Source: Trueperaceae bacterium (GTDB lineage: Bacteria > Deinococcota > Deinococci > Deinococcales > Trueperaceae). Taken from it: DNA of 64,000 bases. Positions 29,201-37,970 of the stretch are shown here, piece after piece. The stretch covers positions 1,984,001-2,048,000 of the forward strand of contig OZ243927.1 of assembly GCA_965213925.1 (NCBI GenBank). Reading direction: 5' to 3'. How positions within the stretch are numbered: position 1 is the first letter of the stretch; each line of letters opens with the position of its first letter. The notes under the pieces were generated by a model that did not search any database, had not been told where the DNA came from, and worked only from the letters and a program-made list of their open reading frames with translations. A program made the translations under genes and the position numbers.

Positions 29201-32200
29201 GGTCCGTTTCACGCCGAGCGAGGTGGCGGGCGGCTGGCTCGACCTCCTCCTTACCTCCGTGCAGACGCCCGGTCTGGCGCTCTCAGGCACGCTGCCGAGC
29301 GGTCCGCCGCAGGTGTGGCTCCCCGAGGTGTTGGATGGTTTTACGCTCTCGGGCGTTCAGGACACGCAGGGCAGTGTGACGGTGCAGGCGCAACCGACGC
29401 CCCGCGCCACGCTCCAGGCGTTACGCTGGAGAACCGACTTAGGCACGCTCGCTTTGGAGGGGACGGCTATGCCCGGCGACGTGGACGTGCAGGGGTCGTG
29501 GCGCGGCGCGGAAGAGGTGCCCCTAACAGAAACGACGTTTCTTCCCTGGCTCGCTGAGGTTAGAGCGCTCCCCTTCGAGCTCGAGGTCGCAGGCAGCCGC
29601 GCCGAGGTCACGGCGGCGGGCGGCGTCGGCACATTAGACGCCAGCGTGGACTGGGCGGCAAATACCGCCGCGCTGAACGCCGACCTCACGCTCGGCGCGG
29701 GCGAAGATGCGGGTGAGTTCGACGCGGCGCTGCGCTACACGCCGGAAACGGGACCGCAGGGAGATATCCGGCTGCTTGAGGTTCCTCTAGCCGATGCGCC
29801 CGACTTGCCGACCCTGACCCTCACCACGCTCCTCACCGCCGACCCGCGCGGGCTGCGCGGCAGCGGCACGCTCGGCGTGGGTGACGGTCAGGCGACGGTA
29901 CAGGGGCAGCTCGGCTGGGCGCAGATGCTCCCTCAAGAGGTCTTAGAAACCTACTTGCCGCAGGGCAACAGCGCCCGCGTCGCGCGGCTCCGTCTGGACG
30001 CCCTCAACGTCTCGGAGTTGCCCGCCGCGTCGCGCCGCCTGCCCAACCTAGACGCGCCGCTGAGCGGGGTCGTGCGGATCAACGGTCGTCAGGTCTTGGG
30101 GCAGCTCGTCAGCCCCGACTTGCGCGTCACCGACACGGCGCTGCCGACCCAAGTCGAGCTGAGCGGCACGGTGCAGGACTTAGAAGCGAGGGCGAGCTTG
30201 GGGCGCAGCCAGCTCCGGGTAGGGTACGACGGCGAGAACGTCACAGGCTTTTTCGACCTCGAGCAGTTCCCCTTGGAAATTTTGGCGGAAGCCGCCACCG
30301 ACGCCAGCACGGTCAGCGCCTCCGCCACGGGCGCGGCCCGCTTCGACGTGCCTTTGGGCGCGCCCGCGCAGAGCTACGTGCAGGTCGCGACCGAGCGCCT
30401 CATCTTAAAGCGTGAGGGCGCGACTAACACTCAGGTCACGCGCGGCGAGGTCGCGCTCCGCTACGACGAAGGCGGGCTCATCGTCGACCGCGCCGAATTC
30501 CGCGGCGGCGGCTTCTGGCGCGCCGAGGGGCGCGTCACCCGTGACGTGCTCGACCTCTCGCTCCAAGCCGAGAGCGCCGACGTCACGCCGCTTCTTAGCC
30601 TCGTGCCGCAACTTGCCGCGCTGGGTGTCGGGGCGCAAGGCTCGCTCAGTTTAGAGGCGACAGGGAGTTTGGGCGAGCCGCAGCTCGAGCTGACGAGCCC
30701 CAACTTGCGCCTCCGCTTGGCGGGCTCGTCGTACCGTCTGACGGGGACGAAGGTCACGCTGGAAAATGAGGACCTAGATATCGTCGCCGCTTTAGAGGGC
30801 GTCGCGCCCATCAGCGGCAACCTCGCGCTCCAGGGGGGCGGTCAGCTCAGCCTCTCGCCCTACAACCTGCAAAACTTCGCTTTAGGTTTCGAGGGCGCGG
30901 CGACCTTGCCTGTACTCGGCGCGGTGCAGGACATTTCGGGCGAGGTCACGACGGACGCGGGCGACTGGTTGCTCGATAGCCAGGCGCGGCTCGGTCGCCC
31001 CGTCACGCTAGCGGGAAGCTTGCTGCCGCTCGACCTCGAGCTGCGCGGCGACAGCCTCGACCTCAACGCCAAAAACTTCTTCGTCGCCTCCTCGTCCACG
31101 GACCTCGCCATCGACATCTCGCGGCGCGGCGAAAATTTCGTCATCTCAGGCGACGCCGTCGTTGACGCGGCGCGGCTGACACCTGCGAGGGAGCAGACCG
31201 CCGACAGTGGGTCGGCGAACGGGTCCGCAAATAGCGCGAACACGAGCGCGGCGCAGCCTGCAGGTCGCGGTACCACCGGCGCGCCGCGACCCGCGGGCGC
31301 ACCGCTCGACGCGACGATCGAGCCGGGCGAGGGCGGCTCGAGCAGCGCAACTGCGATGACCAACACAACTGTGACGACGAGCGCCGTACCGAGCGTCGTC
31401 CCGGATATCGCACCTAACCCGGTATCCAATCTGGACGCTGACGAAGCTGACATCTCTCTGCCCGCGTCCGCCGCGTCGCCCGCCGCCCCGAACCCCGTAC
31501 TGCAGCGCGTCCTCTTCGAAGGCGTCGACATCCTCGCGCAGAGTAGCGTCGTGTTCCGCGCGGGCTTCGGCACGGCTGAACTGACCTTCGACCTCGACTT
31601 GACGGGCTCTGCCGCCGCCCCGGAACTCTCGGGCGTCGCCCGCATTTTACAGGGAACGGTCCGCTTCTCCGGCAAAGACTTCGTCATCGAAGAGGGTACG
31701 GCGACCTTTCAGCCCTCCCAGGGCGCGTTTCCGGCGCTCGACTTAGAGGCGCGGGCAACCTTCGACAAGGGGGATGCGCTGGGCAACTTACGTAACCGCT
31801 ACGAATTCATCGAGCCGCGCGAGGGCGCGACCTTTAGCACGCAGCTCAGCGTCACCGGCACCTTCGAAGAGGTCGACGGACAACCCCGCCCCGTCCTCGA
31901 CCTAGAGCCGAGCTTGAGCAGCGACGCGGTGGTCCAGGAGCAAGGCAGCGGCACGCCGAGGTCCTTGCAGGAGCCCGAGCTGGTCTCGCTCCTCACGTTA
32001 GGGCGCTTGCAGCTCGGTCAATCGCTCTCGGGCGCGGACAGTTTGGCGGGCACCGTCGCGGAGAGCGCGTTGGACACCGCCGTGGACTTTCTCTTCCTAT
32101 CCGAGCTGCAGAGCGCACTCGGTGACGCGCTCGGCGTCGGGCTTTTCGAAATCCGCACGAGCGCCATCAGCTCACTTCTGGACCGCTCCGAAGACGACCC

Positions 32201-32519
32201 CTTCGGCGTGTCGCTGCGCGTCGGTGGCTATATCGGCGACGACCTCTTCGCCAGCTTAGAGGTCGGCCGCTTCGACGACCCCGACGGCGACTACGCGCTC
32301 TCCAACGAATTTTCGCTCCGCTACGACCTAGCGCCCTTAGAACTCAACTTCTCGGGCGAGGTCAACTTCTTGGACAACCCCGCCCTGACCGCCGTAACCG
32401 AGTTCGACTTCTCGCTCGGCTACGCCGTGACGCCCCTCATCAGCTTGGAAGCCGGCTTAGGCGCGTCGGGTTTTACGCAGAGCACGAGTGCGCGTTTGGG
32501 CGTGAGTTTTACGTGGTAG
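23277..32519 (+). CDS. Giant TamB/AsmA-like envelope protein (about 3080 aa)
   Basis: N-terminal TM anchor, very long Gly/Leu/Ala beta-rich repeats, TamB-like C-terminus ending GVSFTW; start uncertain (ORF open from 23073). Confidence 0.8.
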   Translation: MSQPSRERSNGVLSALRGARVKKRVLVPVALCALVLALYFVPQLPPVRGWVLSRVQNVVSNLGYDLSYARSAGNLWHGATLRGAEVTGPGVDTRLERLSLDYNLLGLFAGRFPFSVSAADVSGDINPQEVEVPRGGGGVPIRPVLRDVDVSGVNLNINDVPYTLPDLSVADLNVNDTENGLNAAATLATPQGEAQVDADVAFSPLQVDARLPRVDLAMAKHYFGGVEGGQASGTVTYADGATRADLDVTEGAVTVVGTTITGLSGPVNYEGQEITADLTGRALGGDVQGDAVVDISAQQWRADVTGNAQLSEAAAWLAQGNLPEDVVTGDADVSLSLAGWQQIDLTGQAQGRGEVFGKPLNDLNVDFGFETETGTNVQANGTLMGGPFTANLTPLEGGGFGIQAQADGVGVTEQFRANVRADLRQSEGLTGDALLELSGTAAGRELSLNADAVALEGGGWNIDLSGGDDLGATLSGEVALRGEEVTGDLRAQRVSLEGTPVQAEPLNAVLSADGTLSELPVTLRLGTQNALTPSVAGVELASDLSGEARAVLDGTNLRDLSARFGPLVAEGAFDLAQQTGRLEYALDDLSLDGRVQGSLSLQGGVLERNEDALTSQVTVDATDLVAFGVSPFDLNADVSLEGASLENAQDLTGTVDGVLAFTEDATLDLSGTFRDLSVTGTLPADLLVASDAVTLNGDVRLDAQANLLEPSYGLETVWGTAEQSFELKAQGRGGQAEGTFSAEGLDGTFSTQGGPQARLEADGFTLSPFLAQPNVNATLDGSLSYTGGWDGALTAQVDAPLDATARLVGAGDALRLEAQTAQGALDASVNASVSGQVLPALELDVNASAAQRAQLRGTLNRTSFDGTLQTQAVETPQASVDAQSAQVQASLSDGLSAQLSGENIDLNLNGGTWTGNVDLPFTLRGEAHTLQASVSGQTATPQVDGNVQGPLVQGPVSASRQGGQASLNVDAAPFLPTEDAQLSADLSFSQDLSWNAEVTGDGTYRGAPAGVQATVSGEGQNYRGEGALRVRDGRVPFQVSGSGGDVEASTQLDTFDLANVQGLVPGSPTGTASGTARFSRTGDGLSYGADLTASGTAQGRPLDVRVRADDETGVDITGEVAGTRVALGNAASGEANTYDLSLDEGPLTLQAQVRAGERLSVTGDGTFQGEPLSVAGSLEPATFTGDLSATLGDATLDVDATAQQIQGDLSAPNGVLNVAQPFSADFRASRENGQFALTSLSAALPQSDLALSLAGPAWPRANLAGSLRTGVLNEPIEVGFRQEDGYLLLLEPGDLVLLADLSPSFALESLLAEGSLEVANTNLVSDLAWRSETGFSGEAQAVFAQGEANAALTLAGQGDLEVSGLVGYSGEEVATLQAALSRAPWRDGSVAGSVNVAAPVNDLSAAYPGEPLALRSDLTLGGTLSQPNLAGPVTLEGALEAVGALRASREGATFNLEGEDLVAAAQAAPQGWTFSLDADALGVQDLLPPLDAPRLSAQLRGEGTWGGSPNVRAETLLLETVRSRVAGELLYDGALFAPLDLRVNLAELGDLRGEVAGSLLIGSATSLEGTPLSGALVVRDAGLAEAPWSLAGALDLGGTLAAPTLETRLEGTGSATGDLTARLEPGRYAALTSTLALGAFGSDLRLRLRLGELAAGGQLAFADYALALSTPDALPENTVLLSGNEKLAGWRGVVSTEAAQLTGELGSLSPQLGGAVSLEAAWGSETRVAGSFTDLRVGSFALGDLILDSERAAGSLERLTLQGDVLSAALDLMGTPAWQLSRLELPLPSDSTLVAEGSGTFNEGSLDAALSGTLSGETLQVPLAVRYGDEGLAVRSQADLLSGTLDLDARYSMLEGATGGWSGQLALLGVTLQNATADVQGALSGALSAPTLDGTLSLTQAQNTLEGTFLARPGEVRLEQRLASPLLAEPLALTGSLAPLELALSVSPQNQLVVSREEGVLAASGALALGTGPAQVRFTPSEVAGGWLDLLLTSVQTPGLALSGTLPSGPPQVWLPEVLDGFTLSGVQDTQGSVTVQAQPTPRATLQALRWRTDLGTLALEGTAMPGDVDVQGSWRGAEEVPLTETTFLPWLAEVRALPFELEVAGSRAEVTAAGGVGTLDASVDWAANTAALNADLTLGAGEDAGEFDAALRYTPETGPQGDIRLLEVPLADAPDLPTLTLTTLLTADPRGLRGSGTLGVGDGQATVQGQLGWAQMLPQEVLETYLPQGNSARVARLRLDALNVSELPAASRRLPNLDAPLSGVVRINGRQVLGQLVSPDLRVTDTALPTQVELSGTVQDLEARASLGRSQLRVGYDGENVTGFFDLEQFPLEILAEAATDASTVSASATGAARFDVPLGAPAQSYVQVATERLILKREGATNTQVTRGEVALRYDEGGLIVDRAEFRGGGFWRAEGRVTRDVLDLSLQAESADVTPLLSLVPQLAALGVGAQGSLSLEATGSLGEPQLELTSPNLRLRLAGSSYRLTGTKVTLENEDLDIVAALEGVAPISGNLALQGGGQLSLSPYNLQNFALGFEGAATLPVLGAVQDISGEVTTDAGDWLLDSQARLGRPVTLAGSLLPLDLELRGDSLDLNAKNFFVASSSTDLAIDISRRGENFVISGDAVVDAARLTPAREQTADSGSANGSANSANTSAAQPAGRGTTGAPRPAGAPLDATIEPGEGGSSSATAMTNTTVTTSAVPSVVPDIAPNPVSNLDADEADISLPASAASPAAPNPVLQRVLFEGVDILAQSSVVFRAGFGTAELTFDLDLTGSAAAPELSGVARILQGTVRFSGKDFVIEEGTATFQPSQGAFPALDLEARATFDKGDALGNLRNRYEFIEPREGATFSTQLSVTGTFEEVDGQPRPVLDLEPSLSSDAVVQEQGSGTPRSLQEPELVSLLTLGRLQLGQSLSGADSLAGTVAESALDTAVDFLFLSELQSALGDALGVGLFEIRTSAISSLLDRSEDDPFGVSLRVGGYIGDDLFASLEVGRFDDPDGDYALSNEFSLRYDLAPLELNFSGEVNFLDNPALTAVTEFDFSLGYAVTPLISLEAGLGASGFTQSTSARLGVSFTW

Positions 32520-32585
32520 ATAGAATGACCGGCTAAGTTGTTTAGAAGTTTTTAGCCGTGAGAAGCTATACTTGTTAGACTCACG

Positions 32586-33602
32586 CTACGTATCCTGCCA
32601 GGGTTTGAGAATGATTTTCCCTGTCGTTTCCCTCGCCTCGAGCATCCTATGGGCCTGCGCTGCCTCAGCCAAAGGCAGTACGTGGTCAACTGCGACCTTC
32701 ACCTGACCAGAGGCAACATAGCCGATTATATCCACCATTGCTTGCGCCGCCATTTCGGGGCGCATTCCGAACCACAAACCAAGATTGAAAACGTGAATAG
32801 CTTGGTTAAGCGACGGATTGTAAAAGAAGCGCTCAACGGCTCGAGCGTCAAAGGTTAGTGGCTGTCCACTCGCCATACCGTAGACGACACAGCGCCCAAA
32901 CGGAGCGAGGCAGCGTAAACCTTGAGTGAATGTCTCACCGCCGCTCATCTCCAAAGTAATGTCCACCCCTCTACCATCGGTGAGGTCAAGGACGCGCTCG
33001 GACCAGTCCGGTTGGGTGTAATCAATGGCGTGGTCTGCGCCCAACTCGAGCACCTTGTCCCCCTTTGCCACCGAGCTACTTGCGCCAATAACTGTCTTCG
33101 CACCAAGAATTTTTGCCAGTTGTACAGCGCAACTCCCTACGCCCCCGGCTGCGCCTTGAACGAGTACGCTTTCACCGGGTTGTAAACGCGCTGTTTCTCT
33201 AAGTAGCATCAGCGCTGTTGTCCCCGCTATAGGTAGAGCCGCCGCTTGATCCACGCTTACCCCCGGTGGAATAGGAATCACCCTATTCGCCGGGCTGAGC
33301 GCATACTGCGCGTAACCGTTGGAGCCAGACCCGACCAGCGCGAAGACGGGCGTACCTATGGGTGGACCGCCCACACCTTCACCAAGTGCTGCAACGACGC
33401 CCGCCACTTCACCGCCAGGGATAAACGGAAGAGGGGTTGGAAAAGGGTAGATGGCTTTGCTGCGCCGTAAAGCGTCCGAGTAATTCACCGAGGCCGACTC
33501 GACTTTGATGAGCACCTCACCTGCGCTGGGGTATAGATCGTCTACGGTTTCATAGTTGAGGACAGCCGGCGTTCCGTACTCATAGATTTGGACAGCTTTC
33601 AT
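32586..33602 (-). CDS. NADPH:quinone oxidoreductase (zeta-crystallin/MDR family)
   Basis: PFIPGGEVAG, GAAGGVG, TGKIIL. Confidence 0.88.
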   Translation of the reverse strand: MKAVQIYEYGTPAVLNYETVDDLYPSAGEVLIKVESASVNYSDALRRSKAIYPFPTPLPFIPGGEVAGVVAALGEGVGGPPIGTPVFALVGSGSNGYAQYALSPANRVIPIPPGVSVDQAAALPIAGTTALMLLRETARLQPGESVLVQGAAGGVGSCAVQLAKILGAKTVIGASSSVAKGDKVLELGADHAIDYTQPDWSERVLDLTDGRGVDITLEMSGGETFTQGLRCLAPFGRCVVYGMASGQPLTFDARAVERFFYNPSLNQAIHVFNLGLWFGMRPEMAAQAMVDIIGYVASGQVKVAVDHVLPLAEAAQAHRMLEARETTGKIILKPWQDT

Positions 33603-33735
33603 TGTAAGCCTCCTTGGAGTGCTGACTTAGCAGAGGATTTGGCTAAGTACCTAAGCGTACTCTACCTAATTGTTTTTTGCAAGTAATAACTTGTTAATTA
33701 AAATACAACAGTAAAAATAAGCAATTCAACTTAGA

Positions 33736-34401
33736 ATGGCAGCTATGTCAGACAAGTCTTACAACCAATACTGCGCAGTGGCTCACGCGCTCGACCACGT
33801 TGGTGAACGTTGGACACTCTTAGTTGTGCGAAACCTGCTCATCGCGCCCCAACGTTTCAGCGATTTACGAACCAGTCTGCCTGGTATCAGCACCAATGTT
33901 TTAACGGACCGCTTAAAAGGTTTGGAGAAGCGTGGTGTCGTGACGACGCGCTATTTACCGCCACCGGCGGCGTCTACGGTATATGAACTCACTGAGCGCG
34001 GCTACGGTTTAACTGAACCACTCGCCGCCCTCGCACAGTGGGGAAGCGCGACCTTAGGTGCGCCCCAAGAAGGTCAGAGCGTCGTGATAGAGGGTGTTTG
34101 TTTCATGATTCAGGGGGTCTTCTGGCGCGAAGATGATTTGGATGTTGACTTAGGGTGCAATATTCACGTTCGAGATGAGCATTTTGAGCAAACCTTCGGT
34201 GTAACGCTGTCGGCGGGCGGAGTCGAGATGGCAAGTGAACTCAGCGAAGCTGACGTTGACATGTACGTGGCGCTAGAACCTCTGAATATATTGAGCGCTC
34301 ATCGGCAGAGGCTACAAGCGATGGTTGCGTCCGGTGTAGTGAGACTTGACGGGAATAAGAAGGATATAAACATATTGCACCGTTGGATAGATGGCAGCTA
34401 A
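33736..34401 (+). CDS. HxlR-family winged-helix regulator with an SCP2-like C-terminal extension
   Basis: YNQYCAVAHALDHVGERWTLLVVRNL, RFSDL, YELTERG; divergent from the oxidoreductase. Confidence 0.85.
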   Translation: MAAMSDKSYNQYCAVAHALDHVGERWTLLVVRNLLIAPQRFSDLRTSLPGISTNVLTDRLKGLEKRGVVTTRYLPPPAASTVYELTERGYGLTEPLAALAQWGSATLGAPQEGQSVVIEGVCFMIQGVFWREDDLDVDLGCNIHVRDEHFEQTFGVTLSAGGVEMASELSEADVDMYVALEPLNILSAHRQRLQAMVASGVVRLDGNKKDINILHRWIDGS

Positions 34402-34820
34402 ACTGTTTGACCTGTCGGTATTTTTCAGAGATAACCCTTAAACGTCCTGTGCGTCCTCCAGCGGTAACAGCGCTATCACGAAGAGATACTGCGCGTCTTT
34501 GCTACTAGCCTCTAAGCTTCCCCCGCGTCTCAAGAGGTCTTGCAGGTCAGCTGAGCGCGTCGTCTCTACGGAGCTTCGTCGTCATATCCGCGTAGGTAAT
34601 AGGCAAACCCGCTGAGGTAAGCTCCGGCAAAAGGTCACTCGTGCAGAACGCGCCGCCGCTGCGAAAGATGTGATGTCCATAGTGCTCACTTTCCTCGAGG
34701 GCGTCCGCGTGAGCGCGCAAGAGGTTGGCGAAGAGGGGCGCGGCTTGCCCCTTCCTGACACGATTTCAGGTACATTGGATTTAGGTAGGCTTAACCTCTT
34801 GACGAGAGAAGGAGCGAGAG

Positions 34821-36866
34821 ATGGACAAAGAGAAACTGAAATGGCTTATGGGTGCTGCGCTATGCTGCGCCGTTTTGATGTCTTGGGTAGGGGCGCAAGC
34901 GCAGGAAACCGGCGGTGCGACGGGTGGCGTGACGGGCGGTGCGACAGGCGGTATGACGGAAGACGCAGCGGGAACCACCACCAAGCTGCGCCTCTTGGAA
35001 ACCACCGACATCCACACCAACATCGTCCCCTACGACTACTACCGCGACGAGCCCACCGACGAGTTCGGCTTAGCGAAAACCGCCACGCTTATCAAGGCGG
35101 CGAAGGGAGAGATAAACAACGTCCTCCTGTTCGACAACGGCGACCTCATTCAAGGGAGCCCACTGGGAGACTTCAAAGCGCGCACCGAGCCCCTGAAAGA
35201 AGGCGAAGTGCACCCGGTCTACAAGGCGATGAACCTCCTGGACTACGACGCGGGCAACATCGGCAACCACGAATTCAACTACGGCTTGAAGTTTTTAGAC
35301 CTCAGTCTGGAGGGCGCGAACTTTCCCTACGTCAACGCGAACGTTTACGTGGACGACGGCGACGACAACCCCGACAACGACGAGAACCGCTATACGCCCT
35401 ACCTCATCCTGGACAAGACCGTTACGGACGAGAGCGGTGCGGAACACGAGTTGCAAGTCGGCGTCATCGGCTTCGTGCCGCCGCAGATCATGGAGTGGGA
35501 CCGGAGCCACTTGCTAGGCGAGGTCGTGGCCAAAGACATCGTGGAAACTGCGGAGAAATTCGTCCCGCAAATGCTCGAAGAGGGCGCAGACCTAGTCGTC
35601 GCCATTCCGCATTCGGGCTTCGGTCCCACCGAGCAGCAGGGGATGGAGGAGAACGCCTCGTACCTGCTCAGCCGGGTGGAAGGCGTCGACGCCATCTTGT
35701 TCGGGCACTCGCATACGGTCTTCCCCTCCGAAGCGTTCTCGGACGAGCCGAATGTGGATTTGGAGAAGGGCACTATCAACGGCGTGCCCGCTGTAATGCC
35801 CGGTTTTTGGGGCGACCATCTAGGCGTCATCGACTTGACCTTAGAGGTCTCGGACGACGAATGGACCGTAGTGGATTCTCAAGTCGAAGCCAGACCCATC
35901 TACGACTCGGAGAACGACGCGCCCTTAGTCGAAGCGGACCAGGAGATTTTGGACGCTGTCGCGCAGGAGCACGAGGGCACGCTCACCTATGTGCGCGGCA
36001 GCGTCGCCCAGACGAGTGCGCCCATCACCTCTTACTTCGCGCTCGTCAAGGACGACCCGTCGGTGCAGATCGTTAACCAGGCACAGACGTGGTACACCGA
36101 GCGGGCGGTGCAGGGGACCGAACTCGAGGGACTCCCCGTCCTCTCCGCCGCCGCGCCCTTCAAAGCAGGCGGACGCGCCGGACCGAACTACTACACCGAC
36201 ATTGCCGAGGGCACGCTAGCGGTGAAAAACGTCGCGGACCTCTACATCTATCCGAATACGCTGAAAGTGGTGAGGCTGAATGGCGACCAGGTTAAAGAGT
36301 GGCTCGAGATGTCCGCCGGGCAGTTCAACCAGATTGCGCCGGACGCTACTGACCAATCCTTGTTAAACGAAGACTTCCCCTCCTATAACTTCGACGTCAT
36401 TGACGGCGTGACTTACGAAATCGACGTGACCCAGCCGCCGCGCTACGACGCGGAAGGGCTGCTCGTGAACGAGGACGGGGGCCGCATCGTCAATCTGCAA
36501 TACAACGGCGAGCCCGTCACCGCCGATCAAGAATTCTTAGTCGCCACCAACAACTACCGCGCCTCGGGCGGCGGCAACTTCCCGAACTTAGACGGCACGA
36601 CCATCGTCATCGACTCGCCCGACGAGAACCGCCAGGTCATCATCAACTACCTGACCGAACAGGAGACGGTGAACCCCTCAGCGGACGAGAACTGGGAGTT
36701 CGCGCCCGTCGAGAAAGAGGTCAGCGCGACCTTTCCGGGAGGACCGGACGCGCAAAAGTATCTGGAAGAGGTGCAGAGCGACGACGAGACCATCGAATAC
36801 GTCGGCGCTGCGGAGGACGGCTTCGCACTCTACGAGTTGACGCTGAAGCCGAGTTCGGCGCAGTAA
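34821..36866 (+). CDS. cpdB: 2',3'-cyclic-nucleotide 2'-phosphodiesterase/3'-nucleotidase
   Basis: Signal peptide; ETTDIH, DNGDLIQGSP, GNHEFNYG, GHSH, YIYPNTL, YNFDVIDG, TNNYRA. Confidence 0.92.
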   Translation: MDKEKLKWLMGAALCCAVLMSWVGAQAQETGGATGGVTGGATGGMTEDAAGTTTKLRLLETTDIHTNIVPYDYYRDEPTDEFGLAKTATLIKAAKGEINNVLLFDNGDLIQGSPLGDFKARTEPLKEGEVHPVYKAMNLLDYDAGNIGNHEFNYGLKFLDLSLEGANFPYVNANVYVDDGDDNPDNDENRYTPYLILDKTVTDESGAEHELQVGVIGFVPPQIMEWDRSHLLGEVVAKDIVETAEKFVPQMLEEGADLVVAIPHSGFGPTEQQGMEENASYLLSRVEGVDAILFGHSHTVFPSEAFSDEPNVDLEKGTINGVPAVMPGFWGDHLGVIDLTLEVSDDEWTVVDSQVEARPIYDSENDAPLVEADQEILDAVAQEHEGTLTYVRGSVAQTSAPITSYFALVKDDPSVQIVNQAQTWYTERAVQGTELEGLPVLSAAAPFKAGGRAGPNYYTDIAEGTLAVKNVADLYIYPNTLKVVRLNGDQVKEWLEMSAGQFNQIAPDATDQSLLNEDFPSYNFDVIDGVTYEIDVTQPPRYDAEGLLVNEDGGRIVNLQYNGEPVTADQEFLVATNNYRASGGGNFPNLDGTTIVIDSPDENRQVIINYLTEQETVNPSADENWEFAPVEKEVSATFPGGPDAQKYLEEVQSDDETIEYVGAAEDGFALYELTLKPSSAQ

Positions 36867-36874
36867 ACAGTGAA

Positions 36875-36902
36875 GTAGGGGCGATTCGTGAATCGCCCCT
36901 AC
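36875..36902. repeat. GTAG-type REP-like palindrome, possibly a bidirectional terminator
   Basis: GTAGGGGCGATTCGTGAATCGCCCCTAC between convergent cpdB and the E1-beta gene. Confidence 0.7.
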
Positions 36903-36947
36903 GCCGCACACTCCCTCCCGTATATACGACGCAGCGCTTTACTCTAC

Positions 36948-37970
36948 CTACGCGCTCAACACCCGCCTAACCGCCTCTAACACCCGCCTCGCGTCCGGGC
37001 GGTAGTGATGTTCGATGGACGAAAAGGGCGGATAGGGTGCGTCCCAACCCGCAACGCGCACGACGGGAGCCTCGAGCGAGTAGATCGCCTCCTCCGCAAT
37101 CCGCGCCGCGACCTCTGCGCCGAACCCGCTGGTTCTCGCCGCCTCGTAAACGACCACCACCCGACCCGTTTTTTGCACTGACTGGATGACGGTTTCGCTA
37201 TCAAAAGGGGTGAGGGTCTCTAAGTCGACGATCTCGAGTTCGACCCCTTCTCTCGAAGCGACATCCGCCGCCTTCTGACAGATTTCGATCATCCCGCCGT
37301 AGCCGATGAGCGTGGCGGCGTCGCCCTCACGTGCGACTCGAGCCTTGCCGAGTTCGTGTGTGTAGTAGCCCTCTGGCACCTCTTCCTTTGACGAGCGGTA
37401 GAGCTTGATCGCCTCTAAAAAGAACACCGGGTCGGGGTCGTTGATCGCAGCTAAGAGCAGTCCTTTGGCGCGTGCAGGCGACGAGGGAATCACCACCTTC
37501 ACGCCCGGAACGTGCGTTAAAATCGCCTCGGGCGAGTCGGCGTGTTGCTCGGGCGTATGCACGCCGCCGCCATAGGGCGCGCGAATCACCATCGGGATGG
37601 AAAAGCGCCCCCGCGTGCGGTGGCGGTAGCGCCCTAAGTGCGACAAGATTTGGTCGAGGGCGGGGTAGAGAAAGCCTGCAAACTGCATCTCGGCGACGGG
37701 TCTCAGCCCTGCGAGCCCTAAACCGATGCCGAAGCCCGCGATGCCCGCTTCGGCAAGAGGTGTGTCGAACACGCGCCCCTCGCCGTATTTGGTTTGTAAG
37801 TTGTCCGTCGCCCGAAACACGCCGCCCATCGTGCCGACATCTTCGCCGAAGACGAGGACGTTGTCATCCCTCGAGAGCGCCACGTCAAGCGCGTTATTGA
37901 TGGCTTGCACCATGTTCATCTGCTTCGTTGTTTGCTCGCTTCGGCTCACCTCTTTATTGAGCGTTTGCAC
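36948..37970 (-). CDS. pdhB: 2-oxoacid (pyruvate or branched-chain) dehydrogenase E1 beta subunit
   Basis: [33 protein letters not shown]. Confidence 0.85.
   Translation of the reverse strand: MQTLNKEVSRSEQTTKQMNMVQAINNALDVALSRDDNVLVFGEDVGTMGGVFRATDNLQTKYGEGRVFDTPLAEAGIAGFGIGLGLAGLRPVAEMQFAGFLYPALDQILSHLGRYRHRTRGRFSIPMVIRAPYGGGVHTPEQHADSPEAILTHVPGVKVVIPSSPARAKGLLLAAINDPDPVFFLEAIKLYRSSKEEVPEGYYTHELGKARVAREGDAATLIGYGGMIEICQKAADVASREGVELEIVDLETLTPFDSETVIQSVQKTGRVVVVYEAARTSGFGAEVAARIAEEAIYSLEAPVVRVAGWDAPYPPFSSIEHHYRPDARRVLEAVRRVLSA

Noticed and set aside
34540..34680. Possible c-di-GMP-I riboswitch upstream of cpdB (GGCAAACCC; CGGAGCTT/AAGCTCCG stem)
   Set aside because: The GAAA tetraloop and the GACGCAAA segment of the consensus are missing; an 8-bp stem in GC-rich DNA is weak evidence.
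34670..36076. 468-aa alternative-frame ORF overlapping cpdB
   Set aside because: Arg/Gly-rich shadow frame typical of high-GC genes; cpdB has all family motifs.
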